Shown here one piece after another: positions 18,467 through 29,023 of a DNA stretch of 64,000 bases; within the stretch, counting starts at the first letter, position 1, and every line of letters begins with the position of its first letter. The DNA is from Occultella glacieicola (GTDB lineage Bacteria > Actinomycetota > Actinomycetes > Actinomycetales > Beutenbergiaceae), in NCBI RefSeq assembly GCF_004353825.1, contig NZ_SMNA01000004.1:186001-250000 (forward strand), written 5' to 3'. Under the pieces are notes generated by a model, which ran no database searches, had not been told where the DNA came from, and was given only the letters and a program-made list of their open reading frames with translations. Made by a program: the position numbers and the translations under genes.

Positions 18467-19167
18467 GGTGCGTCCTTCGGGTCCGTGGGCGGTTCGGCTG
18501 TGGGGTGACCGGAGAAGATTCCGGCGGGTAGGTCGTGCGCGGGTGCCGTGGCACGCAGAGCCGGGATCAGGACCGTGTCGATGAGCGCATCGAGGTAGCC
18601 GTCGTCGATCCGGAGGCCGTTGAGTCGGCGGAGCAGGATCACCGAGCCGGTGATCTCCTCGAACGGGAAGGGGTCCACGCCCTCGGGGAGTTCGCCGCGC
18701 GCCACGGCCGCCCGGATCACGGAGGCGGGGAGCCGGGAGCCGGTCGGACCGACGGCCCGTTCGATCTCCTCGCACAGCTCCGGATCCTCGAGGCCGGCCT
18801 GGAGGAGGAGCATCGCCGTCTGGCCGTCTGCGGACCGCATCGTGGTCACGAGGCGCCGACAGAGTGCGCCCAGATCGCCGCGCAGGCTCCCGGTGTCGAT
18901 CCGGTCCCCGTCGTCACGGCGGGCGGGCCCGGCCTTGAGGGCGGCGATCACCATGTCCCGCTTCGTCTTCCAGCGGCGGTACAGCGTGGCCTTCGACGCA
19001 TGCGCACGGCGGGCCACCTCCTCGAACGTGACGGCCTCGTAGCCGCGCTCGGCGAGCAGCGAGGTGACCGCGCCGAGGATCTCGACCTCGCGCTGATCGT
19101 CCCGAGGGCGCCCACCGGGGCGGCCTGTTGACGGTGTGCTCGAGCTCAGATCATTAGGATACGACAC
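18463..19167 (-). CDS. TetR/AcrR-family regulator
   Basis: GYEAVTFEEVARRAHASKATLYRRW HTH; DTGSLRGDL; ATGA overlap with the hydrolase gene. Confidence 0.92.
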   Translation of the reverse strand: MSYPNDLSSSTPSTGRPGGRPRDDQREVEILGAVTSLLAERGYEAVTFEEVARRAHASKATLYRRWKTKRDMVIAALKAGPARRDDGDRIDTGSLRGDLGALCRRLVTTMRSADGQTAMLLLQAGLEDPELCEEIERAVGPTGSRLPASVIRAAVARGELPEGVDPFPFEEITGSVILLRRLNGLRIDDGYLDALIDTVLIPALRATAPAHDLPAGIFSGHPTAEPPTDPKDAP

Positions 19168-19180
19168 GTACCGTATCGTA
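19158..19180. promoter_or_regulatory. Putative TetR operator overlapping a leaderless promoter and start
   Basis: gatacg-acacgtac-cgtatc dyad; minus-strand TGnTACGAT -10 lies 7 nt before GTG 19167. Confidence 0.55.
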
Positions 19181-19234
19181 ACATGACCCGCGTCCGCTCC
19201 TGCTCCGCCGGCCCGGCGGAGCAGGAGCCTCGAA

Positions 19235-19855
19235 CTATCGGGCCGGAGCGACCTCCTGGCCGCTGCCCACGGTGCGTAGCCTCGGACGGTCCGGGACCCG
19301 GTCGGCCGGGGTGGCGGCCCGGTCGCGTCGGTGCTCGGTCTCGGCCGGTCCCGGCGCGTCGCCGTCAGGTGCCAGCGAGCGCCGCAGCATCGTCCGAGCT
19401 CGCTGATAGCGGCTCGTGGCCGTGGAGGACGGGATATCGAGCACCCGGGCAGCCTCCGCGACCGTGAATCCGTCCCAGTGCACGGTGCGGATCAACTCCG
19501 CGAGGTCCGGCTCCAGGCGGTCGACGGCGTCGCGGACGTCGAGGCCGGCGTCCGCGGCTCGTGCGTCGGTGCCGTCGTGGTGGCGGCGCAACTGATGGCC
19601 GAGGTTGGAGCGTCGCCGCCCGCTACGGCGTGCGTTGAGCACCGTGTTGCGGGCGATCCCGAAGAGCCACAATCTGGCGTCGTGTCCGTTGTCCGGGAGG
19701 TCGTCGGCGCGGCGCCACGCCGCCACCAGGACCTCGCTCAGAACGTCCTCCGCCTCGTCCGGACCGAGCCGGTACTCGCAGTAGCGCAACAGGTCCCGCG
19801 CCGAGGTGGTCAGGACGTCCTGGAGAATGGCCTCGGCACGCACACGATCGCTCAC
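19235..19855 (-). CDS. ECF RNA polymerase sigma factor
   Basis: AEDVLSEVLVAAWRR, LWLFGIARN (region 2), VHWDGFTVAEAARVLDIPSSTATSRYQRAR (region 4); GTGA overlap with the upstream gene. Confidence 0.92.
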   Translation of the reverse strand: MSDRVRAEAILQDVLTTSARDLLRYCEYRLGPDEAEDVLSEVLVAAWRRADDLPDNGHDARLWLFGIARNTVLNARRSGRRRSNLGHQLRRHHDGTDARAADAGLDVRDAVDRLEPDLAELIRTVHWDGFTVAEAARVLDIPSSTATSRYQRARTMLRRSLAPDGDAPGPAETEHRRDRAATPADRVPDRPRLRTVGSGQEVAPAR

Positions 19856-20502
19856 CAGTCCGCACCCGGGCACCAGGCCTGGCCGGAGTAGCTGACTCCG
19901 GCGGCGTCGGTGTCGAAGCCCTGGCTCCGCAGTTCCGCGGTGACGAGGTCGCTGATGGCTCGTCCCAACGCCAGCCCGTACTCCATGTCGGCCGACATCG
20001 GCTGCGCATCGGGATCATCGGCGGACACCTCGGTGCCGTCCTCACCGCCGCTCGCGTCCTCCTGGCGTATCTGGGCGATCATCGCGTCGACGTCAGCCAG
20101 GGCGAGGACGTCGTTGTCGCGGAAGAACTCGCGTGTCGCTTCGACGGCCTCCGGGTCGCCGCTACTGCCGACGTCGCCGATGCGTTCCTCACAGACCGCG
20201 CCGCTCGGCAGGGTGTAGGTGAAGATCACATCGGCTTCCTGGGCCCAGGGCAGCCAGTCGGCGTCGGTGACCGTGGCCGCCGCGGCTCCCGCGCCGGCCA
20301 GGCCGAGCACGACGGCGGCGCTCACCGCGGTCAGGTGCCTGCGGGTCCGGCCGGGCCGAGGTGGGATGGCTGCCGTGCGTGCCTCGGCCACGAGGGTTGC
20401 CAGGTCCGTCTCGGTGGCGGCGCCAGCCAGGGGGGCCGGCGGGCTCGAGGCGTTCAGCAAGGCGTCGAGGTGGTCATCGTCGGTCTGGCGTGGCGAGGTC
20501 AT
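19852..20502 (-). CDS. Single-TM protein, putative anti-sigma factor
   Basis: Short cytoplasmic N-terminus, basic RTRRH then hydrophobic AVSAAVVLGLAGAGAAAA, extracytoplasmic domain with two Cys; coupled to the sigma gene. Confidence 0.6.
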   Translation of the reverse strand: MTSPRQTDDDHLDALLNASSPPAPLAGAATETDLATLVAEARTAAIPPRPGRTRRHLTAVSAAVVLGLAGAGAAAATVTDADWLPWAQEADVIFTYTLPSGAVCEERIGDVGSSGDPEAVEATREFFRDNDVLALADVDAMIAQIRQEDASGGEDGTEVSADDPDAQPMSADMEYGLALGRAISDLVTAELRSQGFDTDAAGVSYSGQAWCPGADW

Positions 20503-20603
20503 GTCGGCTCCGATCGTGGGGTGCTCCTACCCCCTACATGTCCGGACCGCGCCCCGATGCCGACGCGGCATGGCATCGGTCGTGCCGGTCGGGTCGGGTC
20601 GGG

Positions 20604-23600
20604 TCAGCGCACCAGGGCGCGTAGGTTGCGCAACGCCACGGACACCGGCGCCACTCCGGCACCGACGAGCGCGGCGATCGTGCCGATCGACTCCTCGGCC
20701 CGGGTGAGGGTGACCCCGCCGGTCTCGGCCCACGCCGCGATGCGTTGATCGGGGGCCGAGCCGGCGTCGGTGGCCGCCTGTACGGTGCGGGTCAGGGCGG
20801 CCAGGGTGCCGTACAGGTCGTCACGCATGGCGGACCGGGCCAGGGCGTCCCAGCGGTTGTCGAGCGGCAGAGCGGCGACCTGGATGAGCAGGTCGTCGAT
20901 CCGGAGCCGGGCCGAGAGGGCGTAGTACAGGCCGGCCAGGTGACGCGGGTCCTCTCCGCAGGTGCTGGCGAGTTCCATCACGTCGAGCAGGGAGAGGGCC
21001 GGGAGCAGGCCGGCGGCCCGCCGCGCGAGCGGGGCGGGGACCCCGGCGTCGGTCAGCGCGTCGGCACGCTCGGCGAACCGGGCGGACTCCTGGTCGCGGA
21101 GCAGGTCCGGCAGGTCCTCGATCAGGTCGCGGACCCCGCCTGCGAACTCCTCGACGGCCTCGCCCACCTGCGCCTCCTCCGGTCGGTGGTGCACGAACCA
21201 ACGGGACGCGCGGTCGAGCAGTCGGCGGAAGTCCAGGTACAGCTGGGTCTGAACCGCGGTGTCGACCAGGTTGTCGAGGGCCTCGACCTGGGCGACGTAG
21301 TCCTCCAGCGCGAAGATCTCCCGGCTGGCCACGAACGCCCGGGTGATCTGCTCGCTGGAGGCACCGGTCTCGTCCGCGGCCCGGAACGCGAACGTGATCC
21401 CGCCGCGGTTGACCATCGAGTTCACGACCGAGTTCACGATGATCTCCCGGCGCAGCGGGTGCTCGGCGAGGCGCTCGGGATAGGCCTGGCGCAGCGGCGC
21501 CGGGAAGTACTCCGCCAAGGTGCGGGAGAACCAGGGCCCGTCGGCGAGGCCGGAGTCGGCCAGGTCTGCTTTCAGGGCGAGTTTCGCGTACGCCACCAGC
21601 ACCGCGAACTCGGGCCGGGTCAGGCCCGACCCGGCGACGTCCCGTTCGGCGATCTCGGCGTCCGTTGGCAGGAACTCAAGCGCGCGGTCGAGTTCGCCGC
21701 GGCCTTCGAGCCACTGGATCAGCCGCTGGTGCACCGCCAGCATCTCGTGGGCGTGCGCTCGGGAGTTGCCCAGGAGGACGTTCTGTACGTAGTTGTCCCG
21801 GAGCACCTGCGCGGCCACCTCGTCTGTCATCGAGGCGAGCAGTTCGTTGCGTTGGTCCATGGTCAGCTCGCCGTCGCGGGTGAGCGCGGTGAGCGCGATC
21901 TTGATGTTCACCTCCCGGTCCGAGGTGCCGACCCCGGCGGAGTTGTCGATGGCGTCGGTGTTGATCCGCACCCCGTGCGCGGCCGCCTCGATCCGGCCGA
22001 GCTGGCTGACGCCGAGGTTGCCACCCTCGACCAACACCTGGCAGCGCAGTTCGCGGCCGTCCACGCGGATGGCGTCGTTGGCACGGTCGCCGATCTCGGA
22101 GTGGGCCTCGACCGACGCCTTCACATAGGTGCCGATCCCGCCGTTGTAGACGAGGTCGACCGGGGCGAGCAGGATCGCGTGGATCAGTTCGGCGGGGGTC
22201 AGACTCGTCACGTCGTCAGCCAGGCCGAGGGCTGCTCGCGCCTCGGCGCTGACCGGCACGGACTTCGCCGAGCGGGAGAACACGCCGCCGCCGGTGCTGA
22301 TCAGATCCGGGGCGTAGTCCGCCCAGCTCGACCGCGGTAGGTCGAAGAGGCGCCGCCGCTCCGCGAAGGAGGCTGCGGCGTCGGGCGTGGGATCGATGAA
22401 GACGTCGCGGTGGTCGAAGGCGGCGACGAGGCGGATGTGCTCCGACAGGAGCATGCCGTTGCCGAACACGTCCCCGCTCATGTCCCCGATGCCGACCACG
22501 GTGAAGTCCTGGCTCTGCGTGTCCAGCCCCACCTCGCGGAAGTGGCGCTTCGTCGACTCCCAGGCACCGCGGGCGGTGATGCCCATCTCCTTGTGGTCGT
22601 ACCCGGCGGACCCGCCGGAGGCGAACGCGTCGTCCAGCCAGAACCCGTACTCCGCGGAGATCGAGTTCGCCAGGTCGCTGAACGCGGCGGTGCCCTTGTC
22701 CGCGGCCACGACCAGATAGGGGTCGTCACCGTCGTGGCGGACCACCCGTTCGGGCGGGACCACGGTGGTCCCGACCCGGTTGTCGGTGACGTCGAGCAGA
22801 CCGCGGATGAACTCCGAGTAGGCGGAGCGGCCCTCCGCGAGCCAGGCCGCCCTGTCGGCCGTGGGGTCGGGCAGCTGCTTCGCGAAGAAGCCGCCCTTGG
22901 ACCCGGTCGGGACGATCACCGCGTTCTTGACCATCTGCGCCTTGACCAGGCCGAGTACCTCGGTGCGGAAGTCCTCGCGCCGGTCGCTCCAGCGCAGCCC
23001 GCCACGGGCCACGGCTCCGAAGCGCAGGTGCACGCCCTCCACCTGCGGTGAGTACACCCAGATCTCGAACCGTGGCTTCGGGGACGGCAGGCCGGGGACC
23101 AGGTGGCAGTCCAACTTGAGGCTCACCCGCGCGGCGGGCTGGCCGTCGTCGTCGACTGCACCGGACCTGAAGTAGTTCGTGCGCAAGGTGGCGGCGATCA
23201 CGCCCACGAAGGCGCGCACGATGCGGTCCTGGTCGAGGCTGGCCACCTGCTCGAGGTCCGCGTCGATCTCCGCGGTGATCCGGGCCTGGGCGGCGTCCCG
23301 ATCGGCGGCCCCGGCTGTGCTGTCGGGGTCGAAGCGCGCCTCGAACAGGGCCACCACCCGCGCGGCCAGGACCGGGTTCGCGACGAGCGCCGCCTCGAGG
23401 TACTCGACGCTGAACGTCGACCCGATCTGGCGCAGGTAGCGGGCGACCGTGCGCAGGATGACCACCTGCCGCCAGGTCAGCCCGGCCCGCAGCACGAGCG
23501 CGTTCAGACCGTCGCTCTCCGCGTGGCCGGTGCGCACCGCCAGGAAGGCGTCCTCGAAGGAGGCGGCCGTGTCGGCGCCCGCAGCCCAGAGGTCGGCACT

Positions 23601-25454
23601 CGGCGCCCGCAGCCCGAAGTCGTAGATCCGCACGTCGGATCCGTCCGCGTCGTCACGGACCGTGTAGGGGCGTTCGTCGGCGACCACCACGCCCAGGTCA
23701 CTGAAGGTCGGGAGCATGTCGGTCAGGCTGAGCGGTTCCCTGCGGTAGACCTTCAGGCGCCGTTCGGTGGGGTCGCCGCGGTCAGGGTCGTATAGGTGCA
23801 CGCGGGTGTCGCCGGTCGTGAGCCCCTGGAGCTGGGCCAGGTCGTGGGTCGCGGTGTCGGCGTCGAAGTCCTCCTTGTACGCCTCCGGGAACCCGTGGAC
23901 GAAACGCCCACCTGCGCCCACGTCGTCGGCGGGGGAGACGTGCAGCGCGTCGAGGAGATCCTCCTCCCAGGTGCGGGTCGCCTTCAGGAGCTGCTCCTGG
24001 ACCGCGGCAGTGTCCACCTCGGGGATGTCGGCGTCGCGCGGGACCCGGACCACGAAGTGCAGCTGTGCCAGCGGTGACTCGCTGACCCGGGTGGTGAAGT
24101 CCACGTGCTCGGCGCCGTACGCCTCGGTCAGGATCGACTCCATCCGAAGCCGGACCACCGTGTTGTACCGGTCCCTGGGGATGTAGACGAGGGCGGAGAC
24201 GAACCGGCCGAACTCGTCCTTGCGCAGGAAGAGCTTGGCCTTACGGCGTTCCTGGAGGTAGAGGACGTCGGAGGCGACGTCCCAGAGCGTGTCCACGTCG
24301 GTCTGGAGCAGTTCATCGCGCGGGTAGGCCTCGAGCACCCCGAGCAGATCCTTGGCCGAGTGCGAGTGCGCGGCGAAGCCGCTGCGCGCGAGGACCGCGC
24401 GGACCTTCTCCGCCGCGATCGGAAGACGCAGGACCGAGTCCGCATACGCCGTCGACGTGAACATCCCGAGGAACCGACGCTCGCCGGTGACGTTCCCGTC
24501 CGCGTCGAACGTCCGGATGCCGATGTAGTCCAAGTAGACGGGACGGTGCACGGTGGCCCGCGAGTTCGCCTTCGTGATGGTCAGCAGCCGCGGCTCGCGG
24601 GCGTTCTCCCGGGCCTCCGGTCGCAGCCGCGAGTACTGATGGTCGGCATCCGGCTCGCCGCGCAGGATCCCGAGCCCGCTACCGGCCACGGGACGGAGCA
24701 CGTCCTCACCGTCGACCGTGTCGAGGTCGTACTCGCGGTACCCGAGGAAGGTGAAGTGGTCGTCGACGAGCCAGCGCAGGAATCGCTCGGCGGGCTCGAC
24801 CTCGGCAGGGTCGACGGTGGGCGGCACGCCCGCCTCCAACTGGCTGGCGATCGCCTCGCACGCGTGCCGCATCGCGGTCCAGTCGGCCACGGCACGACGC
24901 ACGTCCCCGAGCACGGCCTCGAGCCGGTCCGTGAGCTCGGAGCGGGCCGTCTCCGTGGGGATCCGGTCGATCGCGATGTGCATCCACGACTCGACGGTTC
25001 CGGCGGCCGTGGGCGGACGCTCGTCCCGCAGTTCCGTGAGCGCGCCGGTGGCGTCCCGCCTGACCACCAGCTGGGGGTGGACGATCAGGTAGACCACACG
25101 GCCGTGGTCGGAGAGTGCCGCGGTGACGGAGTCCACCAGGAACGGCATGTCGTCGGTGCAGATCTGCACGATCGTGTGCTTGCTCTGCCAACCGTCGTCG
25201 TCGACCGTCGGCGTGAACACCCGCACCAGGGTGGCCTCGGCTTCGCGCTGTTGCGCGAGCGCCCACATCGAGCGGACCATGCCGTGCAGGTCGCGGGGCT
25301 CACGCTCGGCGAGGTCCTCGGTCGCGACGTGCTCGAGGACCCGGTCCACGAGCCTGATCACGTGGTGCTCGCCGGCCTGTTCGGCGAGGTCGGTGACCGC
25401 CGCCAGGATGGCCTCCCGAGTCGATCCGGTCGAGAGGTTCGCTGCCGAGGTCAT
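20604..25454 (-). CDS. gdh: Large NAD-specific glutamate dehydrogenase
   Basis: 1616 aa; DDMPFLVDS, ARGGLRWSDRREDFRTEVLGLVKAQMVKNAVIVP, LVVAADKGTA, GYDHK, GDMSGDVFGNGML, NTDAIDNSAGV. Confidence 0.97.
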   Translation of the reverse strand: MTSAANLSTGSTREAILAAVTDLAEQAGEHHVIRLVDRVLEHVATEDLAEREPRDLHGMVRSMWALAQQREAEATLVRVFTPTVDDDGWQSKHTIVQICTDDMPFLVDSVTAALSDHGRVVYLIVHPQLVVRRDATGALTELRDERPPTAAGTVESWMHIAIDRIPTETARSELTDRLEAVLGDVRRAVADWTAMRHACEAIASQLEAGVPPTVDPAEVEPAERFLRWLVDDHFTFLGYREYDLDTVDGEDVLRPVAGSGLGILRGEPDADHQYSRLRPEARENAREPRLLTITKANSRATVHRPVYLDYIGIRTFDADGNVTGERRFLGMFTSTAYADSVLRLPIAAEKVRAVLARSGFAAHSHSAKDLLGVLEAYPRDELLQTDVDTLWDVASDVLYLQERRKAKLFLRKDEFGRFVSALVYIPRDRYNTVVRLRMESILTEAYGAEHVDFTTRVSESPLAQLHFVVRVPRDADIPEVDTAAVQEQLLKATRTWEEDLLDALHVSPADDVGAGGRFVHGFPEAYKEDFDADTATHDLAQLQGLTTGDTRVHLYDPDRGDPTERRLKVYRREPLSLTDMLPTFSDLGVVVADERPYTVRDDADGSDVRIYDFGLRAPSADLWAAGADTAASFEDAFLAVRTGHAESDGLNALVLRAGLTWRQVVILRTVARYLRQIGSTFSVEYLEAALVANPVLAARVVALFEARFDPDSTAGAADRDAAQARITAEIDADLEQVASLDQDRIVRAFVGVIAATLRTNYFRSGAVDDDGQPAARVSLKLDCHLVPGLPSPKPRFEIWVYSPQVEGVHLRFGAVARGGLRWSDRREDFRTEVLGLVKAQMVKNAVIVPTGSKGGFFAKQLPDPTADRAAWLAEGRSAYSEFIRGLLDVTDNRVGTTVVPPERVVRHDGDDPYLVVAADKGTAAFSDLANSISAEYGFWLDDAFASGGSAGYDHKEMGITARGAWESTKRHFREVGLDTQSQDFTVVGIGDMSGDVFGNGMLLSEHIRLVAAFDHRDVFIDPTPDAAASFAERRRLFDLPRSSWADYAPDLISTGGGVFSRSAKSVPVSAEARAALGLADDVTSLTPAELIHAILLAPVDLVYNGGIGTYVKASVEAHSEIGDRANDAIRVDGRELRCQVLVEGGNLGVSQLGRIEAAAHGVRINTDAIDNSAGVGTSDREVNIKIALTALTRDGELTMDQRNELLASMTDEVAAQVLRDNYVQNVLLGNSRAHAHEMLAVHQRLIQWLEGRGELDRALEFLPTDAEIAERDVAGSGLTRPEFAVLVAYAKLALKADLADSGLADGPWFSRTLAEYFPAPLRQAYPERLAEHPLRREIIVNSVVNSMVNRGGITFAFRAADETGASSEQITRAFVASREIFALEDYVAQVEALDNLVDTAVQTQLYLDFRRLLDRASRWFVHHRPEEAQVGEAVEEFAGGVRDLIEDLPDLLRDQESARFAERADALTDAGVPAPLARRAAGLLPALSLLDVMELASTCGEDPRHLAGLYYALSARLRIDDLLIQVAALPLDNRWDALARSAMRDDLYGTLAALTRTVQAATDAGSAPDQRIAAWAETGGVTLTRAEESIGTIAALVGAGVAPVSVALRNLRALVR

Positions 25455-25656
25455 TGCCCACCCATCGAGTCGCCGTCGAATCGCGCCGCGCCTACACGCC
25501 GGAGTCTAGCCAGAACGTCGGGCCCGGGCAGGTCGGCCGCGATCGGTGCCGGTGCGGTTGCCTCGCCGCGGAAACAGGGTCCGGGCGGAATGGATGGGCC
25601 GGTAGTGTGCACCCCACGTGCCCGTCGTGTGCGGGCGTCCCCCAAAGAGGAGAACG

Positions 25657-26409
25657 ATGTCCGTACTCGATGCGACCATGAGCGGCGAGTGGGTGTTCGA
25701 CCCGTCCCACACACGGGTGGGCTTCTCCGCCAGGCATGCGATGGTGACCAAGGTCCGTGGCGCCTTCAACGAGGTAGACGGCCGGATGCTCGTGGACCCG
25801 GACGGTCCCGCGAAGTCCTCCGTCGAGGTCCGGCTCGCCGTCGCGAGCATTGACACCCGCAACGGCCAGCGGGACGACCACCTGCGCAGCCCCGACTTCT
25901 TCGACGTCGAGACCCACCCCGAGATCGTGTTCCAGAGCACCTCGGTCGATGAGATCGAGGACGACACCTACATGGTGGTCGGTGACCTGACCATCCGGGA
26001 CATCACGAAGCAGGTCGCGATCCCGATCACCCTGATGGGTGTCGAGCGCGACCCGATGGGCAACCTGCGCGCCGGATTCGAGGGCACCCGTCGGGTGGAC
26101 CGCCGCGACTTCGGTCTCGAGTGGAACGTCCCGCTCGACACCGGCGGTGTGCTCGTCTCGGAGAAGATCACGCTCGAGTTCGAGATCTCCGCGGTGAAGT
26201 CGGAGGCCGCGCCCGCCGAGGCCGGCGTCGCCGACGAGGGCGCCGGCCTGGCCACGGCCGGGGACGGGCCGGCCGATGCGGTGAACCCGGAGCTCACCGA
26301 CGCGCAGGTCCCGGTCGACGCCCCGGACGCACCGGACAACCAGCAGGCTCAGCCGGTCGGTGCCCAGCAGCCGTCCCCCTGGGAGCCCCCGCCCGGTCAC
26401 CGGTACTGA
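25657..26409 (+). CDS. YceI family protein with acidic/Pro-rich C-terminal extension
   Basis: DPSHTRVGFSARHAMVTKVRGAF, SIDTRNGQRDDHLRSPDFFD, RRDFGLEWN; GAGGAG RBS. Confidence 0.92.
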   Translation: MSVLDATMSGEWVFDPSHTRVGFSARHAMVTKVRGAFNEVDGRMLVDPDGPAKSSVEVRLAVASIDTRNGQRDDHLRSPDFFDVETHPEIVFQSTSVDEIEDDTYMVVGDLTIRDITKQVAIPITLMGVERDPMGNLRAGFEGTRRVDRRDFGLEWNVPLDTGGVLVSEKITLEFEISAVKSEAAPAEAGVADEGAGLATAGDGPADAVNPELTDAQVPVDAPDAPDNQQAQPVGAQQPSPWEPPPGHRY

Positions 26410-26480
26410 GCGTCCGGCCCGGACAGACCGACGCCGGCCCACCACCCGACCAGGGACGGTGGGCCGGCGTCGTCTCCGGG

Positions 26481-27851
26481 TCAGGCCGACCGCAGCCAGG
26501 CCGGGCTCAGCACACCGTCGGGGTCGACCGAGGCGCGTACCCCCGCCAGCCGCTCGTACACGTCGGCCGGCCACAAGGCCCGGTAGGACTCGGCGGAGCC
26601 CACGTTCCCGAACGAGACGGTCTCGTGCTCGGCCAGCCACGGGGTCAGGGCCCCCTTGAACTCCTCGAACGCGGTGGCGGCCGCCCCGAGGGCGGGGGGC
26701 GGACCGGCGGCGACGACCGAGACGGCCGCGATGGCGCCGCGGCCGGCGGTCGCCGAGCCCTCGGGCACGTCCACCGCCGTTGCCGCGCCGAGGTGCCGCA
26801 GCTCGACGACCATGATCGGGCTGCCCGGTGCCGCCGCCGTGGACAGCAGCACGTCCACGAAGTCCTGGTCAAGGCGCCGGAGCAGCGTTCCGCCCGACCA
26901 CGACGACCCTGGCTCCTCCGGGTCCGCGTGGATGCGTGCCACCTGCGCCAGCGGCAGTTCGCCGAGTTCGTCCGTCAGCGCCGGCGCCAGGGCGCGCAGC
27001 GGCGCGGCCAGCCGCTCGCCGTCGGCGGCCGGGCCCGCGTACGCGAACCGCAGCGACAGCACCCGCTTGCCACGCAGGTGCTCGGGGATGAACGGCAGCG
27101 GCGGCATCGTGATCAGGGCGACGGACGTGTTCACCTCGCCCGACGCCGTCGGGAGCCAGTCCACCCAGCCACGCAGGACCTGTTCCCGGTACTCCTCGTC
27201 GAACATCAGGTTCCCGGCGTACAGGGCCGGCACCTCCGCGACCTCGATGGTGATCTCCGTGACGACCCCGAGGCCGTACTTGCCACCGCGCAGGGCCCAG
27301 AACAGGTCCGGGTTCTGCGTCGCGGACGCCGTGAGGAGGGAGCCGTCGCCGGTCACCACCCGCAGGGCGCGCACCCAGTCGGTGCTGAACCCGTGACTGC
27401 GGGCCAGGGGCCCGAGGCCGCCGCCCAAGGTGTACCCGACCACGCCCACGTGGGTGGAGGAGCCGGTCACCGGGGCCAGACCGAGCGGGGCGGTCTTCTC
27501 GATCACGGCGGCCCAGCGGGCGCCGGCTCCGATCGTGACGAGCCGGGCCGCCGGATCGACGCTCACGGCGTTCAGTTCGTGGGTGAGCAGTTGCAGGCCG
27601 GACGTGACCGGCACATGGGAGCCGTGCCCGGTGGCCAGGACGTCGACCGGGAGCCCGTGCGCGGCGGCGAAGGCGACGGCGGCGCTCACGTCCTCCTCGG
27701 AGGCGGCGGACACGGCCAGGTCCGGATCGTGCGTGACGGCGAGGTTCTGACCGCGGACGGCATCCGCGAAGCCCGGCTCGCCGCGCAGGAGCACGGTGCC
27801 GGAGACGGTGGATCGGAGGCTGGTGACGTCTGATTCGCTGAGTGTGGTCAC
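26481..27851 (-). CDS. FAD-binding oxidoreductase (berberine-bridge/VAO family)
   Basis: ATGHG, VGVVGYTLGGGLG, DLFWALRGG..LGVVT, C-terminal YERLAGVRASVDPDG; start approximate. Confidence 0.9.
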   Translation of the reverse strand: MTTLSESDVTSLRSTVSGTVLLRGEPGFADAVRGQNLAVTHDPDLAVSAASEEDVSAAVAFAAAHGLPVDVLATGHGSHVPVTSGLQLLTHELNAVSVDPAARLVTIGAGARWAAVIEKTAPLGLAPVTGSSTHVGVVGYTLGGGLGPLARSHGFSTDWVRALRVVTGDGSLLTASATQNPDLFWALRGGKYGLGVVTEITIEVAEVPALYAGNLMFDEEYREQVLRGWVDWLPTASGEVNTSVALITMPPLPFIPEHLRGKRVLSLRFAYAGPAADGERLAAPLRALAPALTDELGELPLAQVARIHADPEEPGSSWSGGTLLRRLDQDFVDVLLSTAAAPGSPIMVVELRHLGAATAVDVPEGSATAGRGAIAAVSVVAAGPPPALGAAATAFEEFKGALTPWLAEHETVSFGNVGSAESYRALWPADVYERLAGVRASVDPDGVLSPAWLRSA

Positions 27852-27954
27852 GGGCGAAACGGTAGGCCGGGGGGCCGACATTCGGACAGGCGTTTTCGCC
27901 GAGGGCGATGAGGCAGGCACGGCGTCGGCCACCGGCGGCCGCGTGCACGGGGCC

Positions 27955-27981
27955 GGAATAGCCTCGCCGACCGCCGCGTTG
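27955..27981 (+). promoter_or_regulatory. SigR/SigH-type thiol-stress ECF promoter
   Basis: GGAAT-N18-GTTG upstream of the LLM gene. Confidence 0.6.
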
Positions 27982-28033
27982 CCGTCTGATGGCGCGGTCC
28001 CCACCGTCTGCGTCCCACACGTGAAAGGTCACC

Positions 28034-29023
28034 ATGTCGCTCCCGCTGTCCCTGCTCGATCTGGCCACCGTCGGAAAGGGCGAGACAGCCCGGGAGGCTC
28101 TCGAGGGCAGCGTGGCGCTGGCCCGTGCCGCCGAGCGCACCGGCTTCCACCGGGTCTGGTACGCCGAGCACCACAACAGCCCCGGCATCGCGTCCTCGGC
28201 CACCGCCGTGCTGATCGCGCACGTCGCCGCGAACACCCGGTCCATCCGCCTCGGTTCCGGCGGGATCATGCTGCCGAACCACTCTCCGCTGACGATCGCC
28301 GAGCAGTTCGGCACGCTCGCCTCGCTGCACCCGGGCCGGATCGATCTCGGGCTCGGCCGCGCCCCGGGCACGGACCAGGTCACCATGCGGGCGCTGCGAC
28401 GGGACGCGACCTCCTCGGACACCTTCCCCCGCGACGTGCAGGAACTGCAGGGCTACCTCAGCGGCGAGAGCCTGCTGCCCGGAGTCGAGGCCTACCCCGG
28501 CTCCGGCACGAACGTGCCGCTCTACATCCTCGGCTCGTCCCTGTTCGGCGCCCAGCTGGCCGCCGCCCTCGGCCTGCCGTACGCGTTCGCCTCCCACTTC
28601 GCCCCGGCTGCCCTGGAGCAGGCGGTCGCGGTCTACCGACGTGACTTCACGCCGTCGGACCAGCTCGCCGAGCCGTACGTGATCGCCGGTGTCGGGGTCG
28701 CGACCGGTGAGACCGACGCCGAGGCGCAGGCTCAGCTGCTCGCGACCCAGCGCAGCCGGGTCGCCCTGATCCTCGGCGGCAAGCGTGACTTCACCGACGA
28801 CGAGGCGGACATGGTGCTCGCCTCGCCGCAGGGCCAGCACCTGCTCGAGATGATGCGCTACACCGCCGTCGGCACGGTGGACGCCGTCGGGGAGTACCTG
28901 ACCACGTTCGCCGCGCACGCCGACGCCGACGAGTTGATCGTCGCCCTGCACGCGACCACCGTGGCCGACCGGCTACGGGCCGCGGAACTGGTGGCGCAGG
29001 CCGGTGGGTTGACCGCGGACTGA
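28034..29023 (+). CDS. LLM-class flavin-dependent oxidoreductase
   Basis: [51 protein letters not shown]. Confidence 0.93.
   Translation: MSLPLSLLDLATVGKGETAREALEGSVALARAAERTGFHRVWYAEHHNSPGIASSATAVLIAHVAANTRSIRLGSGGIMLPNHSPLTIAEQFGTLASLHPGRIDLGLGRAPGTDQVTMRALRRDATSSDTFPRDVQELQGYLSGESLLPGVEAYPGSGTNVPLYILGSSLFGAQLAAALGLPYAFASHFAPAALEQAVAVYRRDFTPSDQLAEPYVIAGVGVATGETDAEAQAQLLATQRSRVALILGGKRDFTDDEADMVLASPQGQHLLEMMRYTAVGTVDAVGEYLTTFAAHADADELIVALHATTVADRLRAAELVAQAGGLTAD

Noticed and set aside
20554..20605. Hairpin cgatgcc/ggcatcg and (gtcgg)n run after gdh as a novel element
   Set aside because: Adequately explained as a terminator-like structure plus a short simple repeat.
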